From IMG/VR virus record IMGVR_UViG_3300028626_000002, positions 32,001-96,000 of that record: 64,000 bases of DNA. One strand, written 5' to 3'. The position numbers and the translations under genes are program-made. Below the pieces are notes generated by a model, which saw only the letters and a list, made by a program, of their open reading frames with translations, ran no database searches and had not been told where the DNA came from. Source of the stretch: a virus. Lineage: Duplodnaviria; Caudoviricetes. Positions 21,069 through 29,903 of this stretch are shown here, piece after piece (within the stretch, counting starts at the first letter, position 1; the number at the start of each line of letters is the position of its first letter).

Positions 21069-21320
21069 ATGGAAAACGCGAAGAACAACGACGAAGCTGC
21101 CCGCGAGTGGGACGTCCTCTGCGAGGTGCTGCGAGACCAGGACCCGAAGGAGGCCGCCCACGCTCTGGACGTCCGCATGAGCGACGCCGGCATGGCTGCT
21201 ATCATGGGCATGTCGGTGGCGATGCTGCTGGTGGCCGTGAAGGAGAAGCGCGGAGCTCTGCTGGGCATGCTCAAGCAGTTCTACGTCACGGCCTACGAGG
21301 AGATGGACAGCTTCCCGTAG
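21069..21320 (+). CDS. Hypothetical protein
   Basis: RBS AAGGA; codon usage. Confidence 0.5.
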   Translation: MENAKNNDEAAREWDVLCEVLRDQDPKEAAHALDVRMSDAGMAAIMGMSVAMLLVAVKEKRGALLGMLKQFYVTAYEEMDSFP

Positions 21321-21334
21321 GCGAGGAGGAGACC

Positions 21335-21514
21335 ATGGAGAAGTACGGCGTGAGCACCGATCCCGGGGACCTGACGAAGCAGGGCTCCGAGGGCGTCGTG
21401 TGTCCCAGGTGCGGGGCCAAGGCGGAGAAGCACGGCGACGTCTACAAGTGCCCGACGCATGGCACCGAGCCGTTTGAGAGGAGGCAGCATGGCGAAGCCG
21501 AAGGCTCCAAGTGA
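21335..21514 (+). CDS. Small zinc-ribbon protein
   Basis: RBS GAGGAGGAG; CPRC...CPTH. Confidence 0.55.
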   Translation: MEKYGVSTDPGDLTKQGSEGVVCPRCGAKAEKHGDVYKCPTHGTEPFERRQHGEAEGSK

Positions 21515-22661
21515 CCGTGCCGCCAAGGTGATGGAGGAGCTGAACGCCAAGTACGGCGGGAAGGCCGTCATCGTCCCGGCGCGGCAGATCAACACCTGCG
21601 ATGACCTGCGGCGGCCGACGGGCATCACCTCGCTCGACCTGGCTCTCGGGGGCGGTCCGCAGGGCGGCCGGCTCGTCGTCATCTCCGGGGAGGCGGGGCT
21701 GGGCAAGGACTACCTGCTCGACCGCATCATGGCCAACATCCAGACCAACTACGGGGAGGATACCCGCATCTGCCTGGCGTCGTTCGGGGCCGAGCACGAC
21801 GCGCTCTTCGCACAGTCGAACGGCGTGGCGTTCCCGATCTCGGACGACGCCCTGGCACGGCTGGAGAAGGACTCCATCGACCGCGGGGATGGTCCGCTGC
21901 CTCCGGAGATGAAGGCGGCCCTGCAGTACGAGATCGGCAAGATCATCACGCCGGTGGTGAACTACGACGACCCGGAGGTCGCCAAGAACCCTGCCGGCTG
22001 GCTCGCCAAGGTCCTGCTCGACGTGGTCAAGTCGGGCGTCTTCCAGCTCGTCGTCCTCAACGAGGTGGGCGGGCAGACGTCCAAGGACCGGGCCGCGCGG
22101 GAACTCGACGGCGAGGATAAGAAGCAGGTGGGCGAGGTCGCCAAGTTCTACGACGACTTCATGGCCAGGTACTGCCTGTACATGAAGCAGTCGACCGTGG
22201 AGGCGGCGAACGAGACGACCCTCATCTTCCTGTCCCAGGTGCGCATCACGAACATCGGCCCCGGGCGCAACCCGTTCTTGGCGTCTGTGGGCGGCAACCA
22301 CCTGAAGCACGTCAAGAGCATCGAGCTGATGCTGTCGTCGGGCGGGCCGGTGGAGCGCTCCGGTGAGATCGTCGGCAAGACCATCAAGTGGAAGGTCGTG
22401 AAGGGAAAGCACGGCATCCACGACGGCGAGACCGGCGAGTACGACTACTTCAATGGCCTGGGCGTCGACCTCGCCGACGACACGGTGAAGACCGCGGTGA
22501 AGATGGGGGTCGTCGCGAAGGATCCGCCGTGGTTCACGTGGCGGAACCTCCACATCAAGGGCCTGGCGAACTTCCAGAAGAAGGTGTCCGACGACAACCT
22601 TCTCGACCGTCTCAGGGCCGACGTCTTCAACAAGGCCGGCCTGATGTTCCGCGTGAGGTGA
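21489..22661 (+). CDS. recA: RecA/UvsX-like recombinase
   Basis: TGITSLDLALGGG, GEAGLGKD Walker A, SQVR, GGNHLKH. Confidence 0.8.
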   Translation: MAKPKAPSDRAAKVMEELNAKYGGKAVIVPARQINTCDDLRRPTGITSLDLALGGGPQGGRLVVISGEAGLGKDYLLDRIMANIQTNYGEDTRICLASFGAEHDALFAQSNGVAFPISDDALARLEKDSIDRGDGPLPPEMKAALQYEIGKIITPVVNYDDPEVAKNPAGWLAKVLLDVVKSGVFQLVVLNEVGGQTSKDRAARELDGEDKKQVGEVAKFYDDFMARYCLYMKQSTVEAANETTLIFLSQVRITNIGPGRNPFLASVGGNHLKHVKSIELMLSSGGPVERSGEIVGKTIKWKVVKGKHGIHDGETGEYDYFNGLGVDLADDTVKTAVKMGVVAKDPPWFTWRNLHIKGLANFQKKVSDDNLLDRLRADVFNKAGLMFRVR

Positions 22662-22663
22662 AG

Positions 22664-23494
22664 ATGGACTCCACCAAGTTCGAACGTCTCGTGCCCGGGT
22701 TCCTCGATACGCTGCCGGAGAAGGTGGCCCAGATCGAGGCCCAGGCCGACCTGAGTCACGTCCGCGATGTGGTGGACGACCTCTACAAGCACCTGCGCTC
22801 CATGGAGGGCAAGACCTCGATGAGCCGCTCGCGGGGGTACTACCACCCTTCGTCCGTGGCCAGCGAGTACTTCTGCCCCTTCGAGGCAGTGCAGGCCCGC
22901 CTGAAGAGGCCCCTTGCTGACAACAAGGACCCGCGTGGCAGGCTCATCGTGACCGAGGGCAGCGCCCTCCACGACATCCTCCAGGGGTACCACAGGGCCA
23001 TCTACGGGGACGCCTTCCAGCCGGAAGTGCCGACCAAGGACGAGACCCTGCACATGGCCGGCAGCTGCGACGGGGTACTCACCGTCGAGCAGCCGTTCCG
23101 CATGGTCATCGAGTACAAGAGCATCAGCTCCACCACCGGGCTCCCGGCGATGGGGAAGCTGGCGCACGTCCTGCAGGCGCACTGCTACGAGTTCATGCTC
23201 GGCATCGGCGCCGGCATGGTGGTGTACTGGGACAAGTCCACGAACAACATCGTCGGATTCCCGCACGTGTTCGACTTCCAGAGGTTCCAGGCGGTGATCG
23301 ACCGGATCCTGATGATGGAAGCGTGCGTGCAGGAGAACCGGATGCCCACGCCGAAGCCCCACGCGTTCTGCTCGGGGTGCTCGGCGCGGGACATCTGCCC
23401 CTCGTGGGCGGACAAGGTGGCTCGTCGCGGTGGCGGCGCTCGCATCCACGAGCCCTACGACCACCACGCGTCCATCGCGGAGGACCTGGCATGA
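22664..23494 (+). CDS. Cas4-like PD-(D/E)xK exonuclease
   Basis: N-terminal CP, G..LH, GSCDG..IEYKS, Q..CY, C-terminal CxxC-x5-C. Confidence 0.75.
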   Translation: MDSTKFERLVPGFLDTLPEKVAQIEAQADLSHVRDVVDDLYKHLRSMEGKTSMSRSRGYYHPSSVASEYFCPFEAVQARLKRPLADNKDPRGRLIVTEGSALHDILQGYHRAIYGDAFQPEVPTKDETLHMAGSCDGVLTVEQPFRMVIEYKSISSTTGLPAMGKLAHVLQAHCYEFMLGIGAGMVVYWDKSTNNIVGFPHVFDFQRFQAVIDRILMMEACVQENRMPTPKPHAFCSGCSARDICPSWADKVARRGGGARIHEPYDHHASIAEDLA

Positions 23495-24042
23495 GCAAGT
23501 CCGCGGAGATCGTGAACCTGGACGAGGGTCTCGACCTGTACGACGACACCCGCGTCTGGAAGGACCTGACGGACCTGCTCTGGAGGCCCGCACCACCCCC
23601 GCTCTACCCCGGGCAGACCGAGGACGACGCGGGTGACCCCGAACTGCCCTCCAACCTCGACCTCATGTGGGTCGACGACCTGCGGAAGGTCCAGAAGGAC
23701 TTCGGCCGCTGGCTGGGGTACCGCAGCGACCAGAAGACGCTCCTGATGACCACGTCGGTCAAGCTGAAGGCCCAGCTGGACTTCGTCGAGAACCTCCTCT
23801 ACACGCAGGTCTACGTCAAGGGCTCCCAGAAGGCACGGGAGGCTGCACTCCGCACCGACCGCGCCTACGTGGAGGTGCACAACAACTACATCGACACGAA
23901 GGCTCTGCTGGCGGCCATCAACAACCGCATCGACACCCTGACCCGGCATCTGGACATCGTGTCGAGGCAGATCACGGTGGTGATGGGGAACCCGGAGAAC
24001 GACCCCATTCCGAGGAGCACCCACCATGGCGAAGAGGACTGA
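23491..24042 (+). CDS. Coiled-coil protein, possible UvsY-like mediator
   Basis: Helical composition, C-terminal SRQIT; follows RecA and exonuclease. Confidence 0.45.
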   Translation: MSKSAEIVNLDEGLDLYDDTRVWKDLTDLLWRPAPPPLYPGQTEDDAGDPELPSNLDLMWVDDLRKVQKDFGRWLGYRSDQKTLLMTTSVKLKAQLDFVENLLYTQVYVKGSQKAREAALRTDRAYVEVHNNYIDTKALLAAINNRIDTLTRHLDIVSRQITVVMGNPENDPIPRSTHHGEED

Positions 24043-24583
24043 CCAGGTATCACCGGACCCCGACTCCTCGGGCATCACGGTCCGGCTGGACGTGGAGTCG
24101 CCCCCGGAGCCGAAGAAGAAGCGCGCCAAGGCCAAGAAGGAGCCCAAGCGCGTCGTCCTGTCGTCCGCCGAGGAGGCGGACCTCAAGTACGAACAGCTGC
24201 TCCAGGTGATGAACCACTCGGAGCTGGTCGAGGCCTGTCGCCTCGCCGGCCTCAAGGCCGACAGGACCATGGAGCAGTCCGTCCTTCGGGAGGCGCTGCG
24301 GACGGGAGTGCTCGTCTACGACAAGCCGTCGTCCGTCTGGAGGATGCGTGACCAGCTGCAGGAGTATCTGGACGCGCACCCGAAGGTCCCGGTCAACCCG
24401 AAGGTCTGCCCGAAGGATTGCTCGCAACACCCCGACCTCATCGTGATGCAGTGTCACCGCAGCATGGTGACCGTCATCGCGTCGTCGAGGTCTACGGACG
24501 TGCGGAAGAACGCGTTGGAACGCTCCAGTCACATGGGGCCGAAGAAGGGCCGCGGGCCCAAGGAAGAAGGAGAAGACAGATGA
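24026..24583 (+). CDS. Hypothetical protein
   Basis: RBS GAGGAG; C-x3-C-x2-H-x7-C cluster. Confidence 0.55.
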   Translation: MAKRTDQVSPDPDSSGITVRLDVESPPEPKKKRAKAKKEPKRVVLSSAEEADLKYEQLLQVMNHSELVEACRLAGLKADRTMEQSVLREALRTGVLVYDKPSSVWRMRDQLQEYLDAHPKVPVNPKVCPKDCSQHPDLIVMQCHRSMVTVIASSRSTDVRKNALERSSHMGPKKGRGPKEEGEDR

Positions 24584-25434
24584 CCAAGAACGAGCTGAAC
24601 GAGTGCAAGCAGGGCCAGCTGGCGGACCTGGCGGTTGCGTGCGGGTGGAAGCCCCTGCGGCCGGGGCTGCCCCCGGTGATGGACGCGCGCATGGCCAACA
24701 AGGACGCGCTCATCACGTTCCTGCTGAAGGTGCAGGACCAGGGCTTCGAGATCACCGTCGGCGACGACGGGAAGCTGCAGGCCCAGCCGTCCTCGGGGGA
24801 CGAGGACAACGAGGCCACCGTCGTCGAGGGCGACGAGGGCGGCGAGGCCGTGACCGACGAGGAGGGCGTCCCCTCCGGCGAGGCCCTGGCCGAGCCCGAG
24901 GACGAGCCGGAGCCCGAGCCGGCCCCGGCCAAGGCGCCCAGGAAGACCCGGTCGGCCAGCGCGCCGCAGACCGCGGACGCCCAGCTGGACGACATCATCG
25001 CCAGGCTGCGCGAGGCGCACGGGGACATCGCCAAGACCTACGGCATGGTCTCCAGGCTCCTCACGATGGTCGAGGAGCAGAACGCCGTCATCACCAAGCA
25101 GGCCGCCATCATCACTCGCACCTTCAACGCCGTGGGCTGGATGTTCACGACGGAGATGGGCATGGGCCTGCTGAAGCCCGAGTTCTTCGACAACCCCTAC
25201 TTCGACCCGAAGTCCCCCGACGAGTACGCGGTGGGGGACGGCGACATCGAGCCGGAGCCCGAGCCGGAGCCCGCGTCGGCGAAGAGCGCGAGCAAGGGCC
25301 CTTCCGTGGCCCCCTCGACCGCGCCGAAGGCGGCCAAGGCCCCGCAGCTGCCGGGGGCGGTCTCGGGGGCGAGCACCGGGGCGCAGAGCGGCGGGGCGGC
25401 CAAGCGCCCGCAGCTCCCCGGGGCCAAGAAGTAG
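24580..25434 (+). CDS. Hypothetical low-complexity acidic/Pro-Ala protein
   Basis: ATGA coupling; EPEP repeats. Confidence 0.55.
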   Translation: MTKNELNECKQGQLADLAVACGWKPLRPGLPPVMDARMANKDALITFLLKVQDQGFEITVGDDGKLQAQPSSGDEDNEATVVEGDEGGEAVTDEEGVPSGEALAEPEDEPEPEPAPAKAPRKTRSASAPQTADAQLDDIIARLREAHGDIAKTYGMVSRLLTMVEEQNAVITKQAAIITRTFNAVGWMFTTEMGMGLLKPEFFDNPYFDPKSPDEYAVGDGDIEPEPEPEPASAKSASKGPSVAPSTAPKAAKAPQLPGAVSGASTGAQSGGAAKRPQLPGAKK

Positions 25435-25562
25435 TCCGGCTGGACCCGGAGCGCAGCCACCCGACTGCTCTCCTGCTGTCCTTGGGCGTGGCCAGCAAGG
25501 CGGCCAACTCGTCCAAGGATACGGTCAAGGCCGAGCTGTTCCTGATCGCGGAACCTGACTGA

Positions 25563-25591
25563 CCCTCCCCCGGGCCCGCTCCGGGGGAGGG
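25563..25591 (+). terminator. GC-rich hairpin ending the replication operon
   Basis: CCCTCCCCCGG...CCGGGGGAGGG inverted repeat. Confidence 0.45.
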
Positions 25592-25604
25592 CACAGGAGG
25601 CGTC

Positions 25605-25976
25605 ATGCACCGAAGCCTGGGCACCATCCTACCGGCCCTGCTGGACCTCTGGTTCTGGGAGCCGCCCGGGTGGACATCTGTCGTCGCGGACGACATGTTC
25701 GTGGTGTACGACGGGGACAACAACGTCGCGGCCTGTGCGCCGCTCGCGAATGCCCACGCCGTACGCCGGCTGAAATCCCTGATGGACACCGTCAACCTCA
25801 TCAACGACCACGTCGAGAAGTTCCGCAACCCATACGACGCGGACAGCTGGTTCAACACCACGCTGGAGCGTCTGCGGGAGGCGGAGGGCGAGGCGTCCGA
25901 GCTGCGTACGGAGAACGCCCGTCTTCACACCCTTCTGGCGAAGTACGGGCACCACGACCACGACCCGCCCTTCTGA
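25605..25976 (+). CDS. Hypothetical protein
   Basis: RBS AGGAGG. Confidence 0.5.
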   Translation: MHRSLGTILPALLDLWFWEPPGWTSVVADDMFVVYDGDNNVAACAPLANAHAVRRLKSLMDTVNLINDHVEKFRNPYDADSWFNTTLERLREAEGEASELRTENARLHTLLAKYGHHDHDPPF

Positions 25977-25998
25977 GCGGGGCGCAACGGAGGTACTC

Positions 25999-26919
25999 AT
26001 GGCCCCTCCCCTGATCCTGTATCACCGCGTCGATGACGACGGAGTGGCATCGGCCGTCATCGCCATGCGGAGGTACCCCGACGCGGTGCCCTACGGCATC
26101 AACTACGGTGACCCGATCCCCTGGGACCTCATGACCGAGGGCAGGCTGGTCATCATCGTCGATTGGTCCGCCCTGGACCAGCAGGCTCCCGTCGGCAAGC
26201 GGTGCGAGCCGATGCGCAGGATTCAGGTCCGCGGCCCGCTGGTCTGGATCGACCACCACGTCACCGCCATCGAGGATGCCGAGGCCGAGGGCTTCGACTG
26301 TGAGGGTCTGCGGCAGGTCGGCCTGGCCGGCTGTGAGCTGACGTGGCGGTTCTTCTTCGGCGCCCTGCCCATGCCCCCGGTCGTTCGGCACATCGGTCGG
26401 TGGGACGTCTGGGACCACGCCGACGAGGAGACCACCCTGGTCCACTTCGGCCTGATGAGCCAGGACGCCCGGGTGGACAGCCCAATCTGGTGGAAGCTCC
26501 TGCCGGCCACCCCGGAGGAGCGCTCCACCCCCATGTACCGGGCGGACTACATCTCCCTGCTGCACGACGGTGCGATCCTGCGTCGGTACAAGACGGTGCA
26601 GGATGCCCGCACGGCCAAGGCAGGGTACTTCACCACGACGCTGGACGGGCACACCGTGCTGGCGATCAACGCCGGCGGGAACTCCGATCTCCTGGCCAGC
26701 GTCTGGGACCCGGCGAAGTGGGAGTTCGTGCTCCTCTTCTCTCTGAACCACCGGGGGTGGAAGGTCTCGATCTTCCACTCCGCCGGCGGGGCCGACGTTC
26801 ATCTGGGGGAGATCGCGAAGCGCTACGGTGGCGGTGGCCACCGCGCCGCGGCCGGGTTCACCGTTCTGGCCGGGCAGCCCCTCCCGTTCAAGACCCCCGC
26901 TGACGCGGATTTCTGGTGA
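25999..26919 (+). CDS. DHH/DHHA1 phosphoesterase (nanoRNase-like)
   Basis: YH..D.DG, IVD, WIDHH, GGGGH.AAAGF. Confidence 0.9.
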   Translation: MAPPLILYHRVDDDGVASAVIAMRRYPDAVPYGINYGDPIPWDLMTEGRLVIIVDWSALDQQAPVGKRCEPMRRIQVRGPLVWIDHHVTAIEDAEAEGFDCEGLRQVGLAGCELTWRFFFGALPMPPVVRHIGRWDVWDHADEETTLVHFGLMSQDARVDSPIWWKLLPATPEERSTPMYRADYISLLHDGAILRRYKTVQDARTAKAGYFTTTLDGHTVLAINAGGNSDLLASVWDPAKWEFVLLFSLNHRGWKVSIFHSAGGADVHLGEIAKRYGGGGHRAAAGFTVLAGQPLPFKTPADADFW

Positions 26920-26992
26920 CCGGCCGTCCGCCGGCTCAGGCACTTCCTGGGCCGGCGGACGGCCACATGGCTTTCCTCTAGTCGGAGCTGAA

Positions 26993-27436
26993 GTGGATGT
27001 CTACTTCGTAGCTGCCTTCACGGCCTTGCACGCTCTCGGTGCTACGCCGGAGGAGGAGCGAACTCTCAAGTGGCTGGTGGACGTCGAGAGCCACTGGCAC
27101 CCAGAGGCCGTGAACGGCCCCTGCTGCGGCCCGTGGCAGACGAACTACCACATCGCGTCCCGTCTGCTGGGCGAGCCCGTCACCTGCGAAGACCTGCAGA
27201 CGAAACCGGACGTGGCGGCGCGCGCGGCCCTGGCGTTCCTGCAGAAGATGCGTGAACCGAGGGTGTGTGGACCCAACTGGTACTGCGGATGGAGGCACGG
27301 GCCCTACTCGGACAGCTGCAAGCACAAGTGCAAGCAGCCGAAAGAGAAGCCCAAGAGGAAGAAGCATGGGAAGGCGAAGACAAAAGCGGCTGTACGACCG
27401 CTTCACCGAGTTCCTGGGCTACCCGTACGCCCGTGA
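26993..27436 (+). CDS. Small lytic transglycosylase (SLT)-like protein
   Basis: VES.W.PEA.N...G.WQ resembles SLT catalytic motif. Confidence 0.5.
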   Translation: MDVYFVAAFTALHALGATPEEERTLKWLVDVESHWHPEAVNGPCCGPWQTNYHIASRLLGEPVTCEDLQTKPDVAARAALAFLQKMREPRVCGPNWYCGWRHGPYSDSCKHKCKQPKEKPKRKKHGKAKTKAAVRPLHRVPGLPVRP

Positions 27437-28220
27437 CCGCAATCGCCGGCCCTTCTACGGGCTGTGCGGCGCGCGCGACCACACCTACGTCACCCGCGAG
27501 GACGGGTTCATCTACATCGTGTACCACGGCACGAGCATCGTCTGCCTGTCACCGAACGGGGACATCACGCTGTCCACCGGGGGGTGGCGCTCGTTCACCA
27601 CGAAGGCCAGGATCAACGAGGTTCTCCCGCGCGGCTGGTCGCTCTACAGTGACCTGGGGGTCTGGTACCTGTCGGACCCCTGGAAGCGGAAGCACGTCTT
27701 CGCCGACGGCATGACCATCAAGTACCGCGGAAAGAAGGTCATCGGCGCCGGGCAGCCCATCCGGCCCAAGGACCTGAAGAACCTCAAGGCGAAGATCCGC
27801 AACTACGCCGTCGAGTACGTGCGGCGTCTCCGGGGGTGGCAGCTGATGGAGCCCAGTGACACCGAGTGCCCGCACTGCCACGAGCGGCTTCACCGGGACC
27901 TCCACGACGCCCCGCCCACCTCTCTCCAGTGCCTGGCCCACCACGGAAACACGAAGGGGCTGGGTAGGCCGAAGGGGGACGTCCTGGGGGACATCACCCA
28001 CATCCAGCAGCACATCTACGAGGCGGTGTGCCCAAGCTCGATGATCATCAACGCGGCTCTCGAGCTCGGCGCCGGCCCCGTCGCTCGCACCTTGATCGTG
28101 GAGCGGCTGAGCTCGTCTGTCATCAACACGCTGAGCAACTACACCGAGGACGTGGCGGCGATCCAGTTGGAGCGCACGTTGACCCGCTACCTGCGGCGCA
28201 GGTACGGGATGGAGGCGTAG
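27366..28220 (+). CDS. Hypothetical phage protein
   Basis: YHGT.I, TGGW...TTK.RIN motif; codon usage. Confidence 0.6.
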   Translation: MGRRRQKRLYDRFTEFLGYPYARDRNRRPFYGLCGARDHTYVTREDGFIYIVYHGTSIVCLSPNGDITLSTGGWRSFTTKARINEVLPRGWSLYSDLGVWYLSDPWKRKHVFADGMTIKYRGKKVIGAGQPIRPKDLKNLKAKIRNYAVEYVRRLRGWQLMEPSDTECPHCHERLHRDLHDAPPTSLQCLAHHGNTKGLGRPKGDVLGDITHIQQHIYEAVCPSSMIINAALELGAGPVARTLIVERLSSSVINTLSNYTEDVAAIQLERTLTRYLRRRYGMEA

Positions 28221-28466
28221 ATGCCGACCGATTCTCCTCTCATCGCTCTCGCGGTACCGGAGGTCGTTCTGGGGACCGTTCTGGAGGCTGCCCGGGAACA
28301 CGCCCGCTACCTGCAGCTGCGGGCCCACGTCTCTGACGATGCCCCCCACGGCGCAAGGACTGGCGTCGAGCCCCTGCTGGGGCACCGCAACCGCGAGGCG
28401 GCCTGCTCGGAGGCGCAGGAGATCATGCAGGCCGCCAGGCACATCGCTTCCCTCGTCAGGCGGTAA
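28221..28466 (+). CDS. Hypothetical protein
   Basis: RBS GGAGG; abuts previous stop. Confidence 0.45.
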   Translation: MPTDSPLIALAVPEVVLGTVLEAAREHARYLQLRAHVSDDAPHGARTGVEPLLGHRNREAACSEAQEIMQAARHIASLVRR

Positions 28467-28541
28467 TATCGCGAGTTCCTGGGTATAACGTGAATGCTTA
28501 GGGGCACTTTCGTCCCCTACCCTTTCAGGAGGAGCACACCC

Positions 28542-29210
28542 ATGGCACCGCGCAAGAAGAACCCCGTGGACCTCAAGCCCGAGGGCGCACTCGAAGCGAA
28601 GGGCGGGACCGGCGTCACCAACGCCGCGGCCTTCGCCCCGTACCGGGTGGAGATGGAGCTGACCGGCACCGCCGACATGCTCATGCACCGGTACGACGTC
28701 GAGGAGGTCGAGAGCAAGAGCGCCGGCACGAGCAAGGGCGGCAAGTCCAAGAAGACCGACAACGTCGAGTCCTACCTGTACCGCGGCAAGGACGGGATGC
28801 TCCGGCTGCCCGGCGAGGTCGTCAAGGCGTGCATCGTGGACGGCGCCAAGTTCCTGCAGGACCCGCGCTCGCCCCGCAAGGCGGCGAAGGACCTCTTCAA
28901 GGCGGGCATCCTGGCCGCGGCCCCCACGGAGTTCCAGAACCACGAGGGGAAGCAGGTCCGGGAGTGGGACTACCTCGACAAGCGCCGGGCCGTCGTCCAG
29001 CGCAACGCCGTGCTGCGGGTCCGCCCGGCGTTCATGGCCGGCTGGCGGGTCAAGGCCACGTTCGACGTCATCGCGTCGGATCTCATCACCGAGGACTTCT
29101 TCCGCAAGGCCGTCGACAACGCCGGCCGGTTCTGCGGCATGTGCGACTTCAGGCCGGATTTCGGCAGGTTCCGCGTCGACAGCTGGCGCGTGACCCCCTT
29201 GACCGTGTGA
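28542..29210 (+). CDS. Solo Cas7/RAMP-like protein
   Basis: RBS AGGAGG; LPG..VKA.I helix, RP.F..GW strand, C-terminal Gly-loop-like AG..CG..DFRP.FGRF. Confidence 0.55.
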   Translation: MAPRKKNPVDLKPEGALEAKGGTGVTNAAAFAPYRVEMELTGTADMLMHRYDVEEVESKSAGTSKGGKSKKTDNVESYLYRGKDGMLRLPGEVVKACIVDGAKFLQDPRSPRKAAKDLFKAGILAAAPTEFQNHEGKQVREWDYLDKRRAVVQRNAVLRVRPAFMAGWRVKATFDVIASDLITEDFFRKAVDNAGRFCGMCDFRPDFGRFRVDSWRVTPLTV

Positions 29211-29257
29211 CACGGTCGGACTACCATCCACCCTTCGCCTCTCCAAGGAGGATGACC

Positions 29258-29371
29258 GTGGCGAACAAGAACCTGTTCAAGTCCCTGTCCTCGAAGCGCC
29301 CCCCGACCACCGTCAAGAACGACGCTGGCGGGCGGGCCTACCCGCGGGGCCCGAAGCTGGCAACCGGTTGA
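29258..29371 (+). pseudogene. Truncated duplicate of Ro60 N-terminus (37 aa)
   Basis: 25/35 aa identical to the start of the Ro60 gene at 29903; has its own AAGGAGG RBS. Confidence 0.8.
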
Positions 29372-29414
29372 CACCTGTGCGGCAACAGGTTACCCTCTGG
29401 GCGGAGGTGACAAG

Positions 29415-29903
29415 ATGGCCACACCAGAGGAACTTGCGTACTGCGCAGGGGTAATTGACTCGGATGGGTGCATCCGAGTGGGTCGCGGGGTCAAGCGTGA
29501 CAAGCGAGCGGGCAAACACAGCGCTTACGCTGACTACCACCCCGCTGTCCACGTCGGCCAGGTGGAACCACAAGCGGTTGACCTGCTGAAGCGGGTATTC
29601 GGAGGAAGCATCTACCTGCGCAAGCGCGACAAGAAGGCCCACCGCACCTTGATGGTGTGGCGAGTGAGGGACAACCTTGCGGCGGAATGCGCCAGGCAGT
29701 TGCTGCCCTACCTGCGCATCAAGAAGGCGCAGGCACTGAACTGTATTGCCCTGCAGGACTACCGCCACGAGTACGGCAGGCAGTCAAGGGCGGTGAAGGG
29801 GAGGGCCGGTACTACATTCCGCACAGCCGACGTGATACAGAGGCTCGAGGAGTTCTACGCGGAGTCGAGGAGGCTCAACGCAGGGAGCACGGAGGAACCA
29901 TAA
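29415..29903 (+). CDS. Free-standing LAGLIDADG homing endonuclease (single motif)
   Basis: LAYCAGVIDSDG; FGG; LLPYL.IKK.QA; atypical codons. Confidence 0.85.
   Translation: MATPEELAYCAGVIDSDGCIRVGRGVKRDKRAGKHSAYADYHPAVHVGQVEPQAVDLLKRVFGGSIYLRKRDKKAHRTLMVWRVRDNLAAECARQLLPYLRIKKAQALNCIALQDYRHEYGRQSRAVKGRAGTTFRTADVIQRLEEFYAESRRLNAGSTEEP

Noticed and set aside
22664-23494. Cas4 as part of a CRISPR-Cas locus
   Set aside because: Sits in the RecA/replication operon, as phage Cas4-like exonucleases commonly do; no cas1 or cas2
29211-29250. Short-period guide-RNA array after the RAMP-like gene
   Set aside because: Periodicity is weak and covers under 40 nt; cannot be supported as an array
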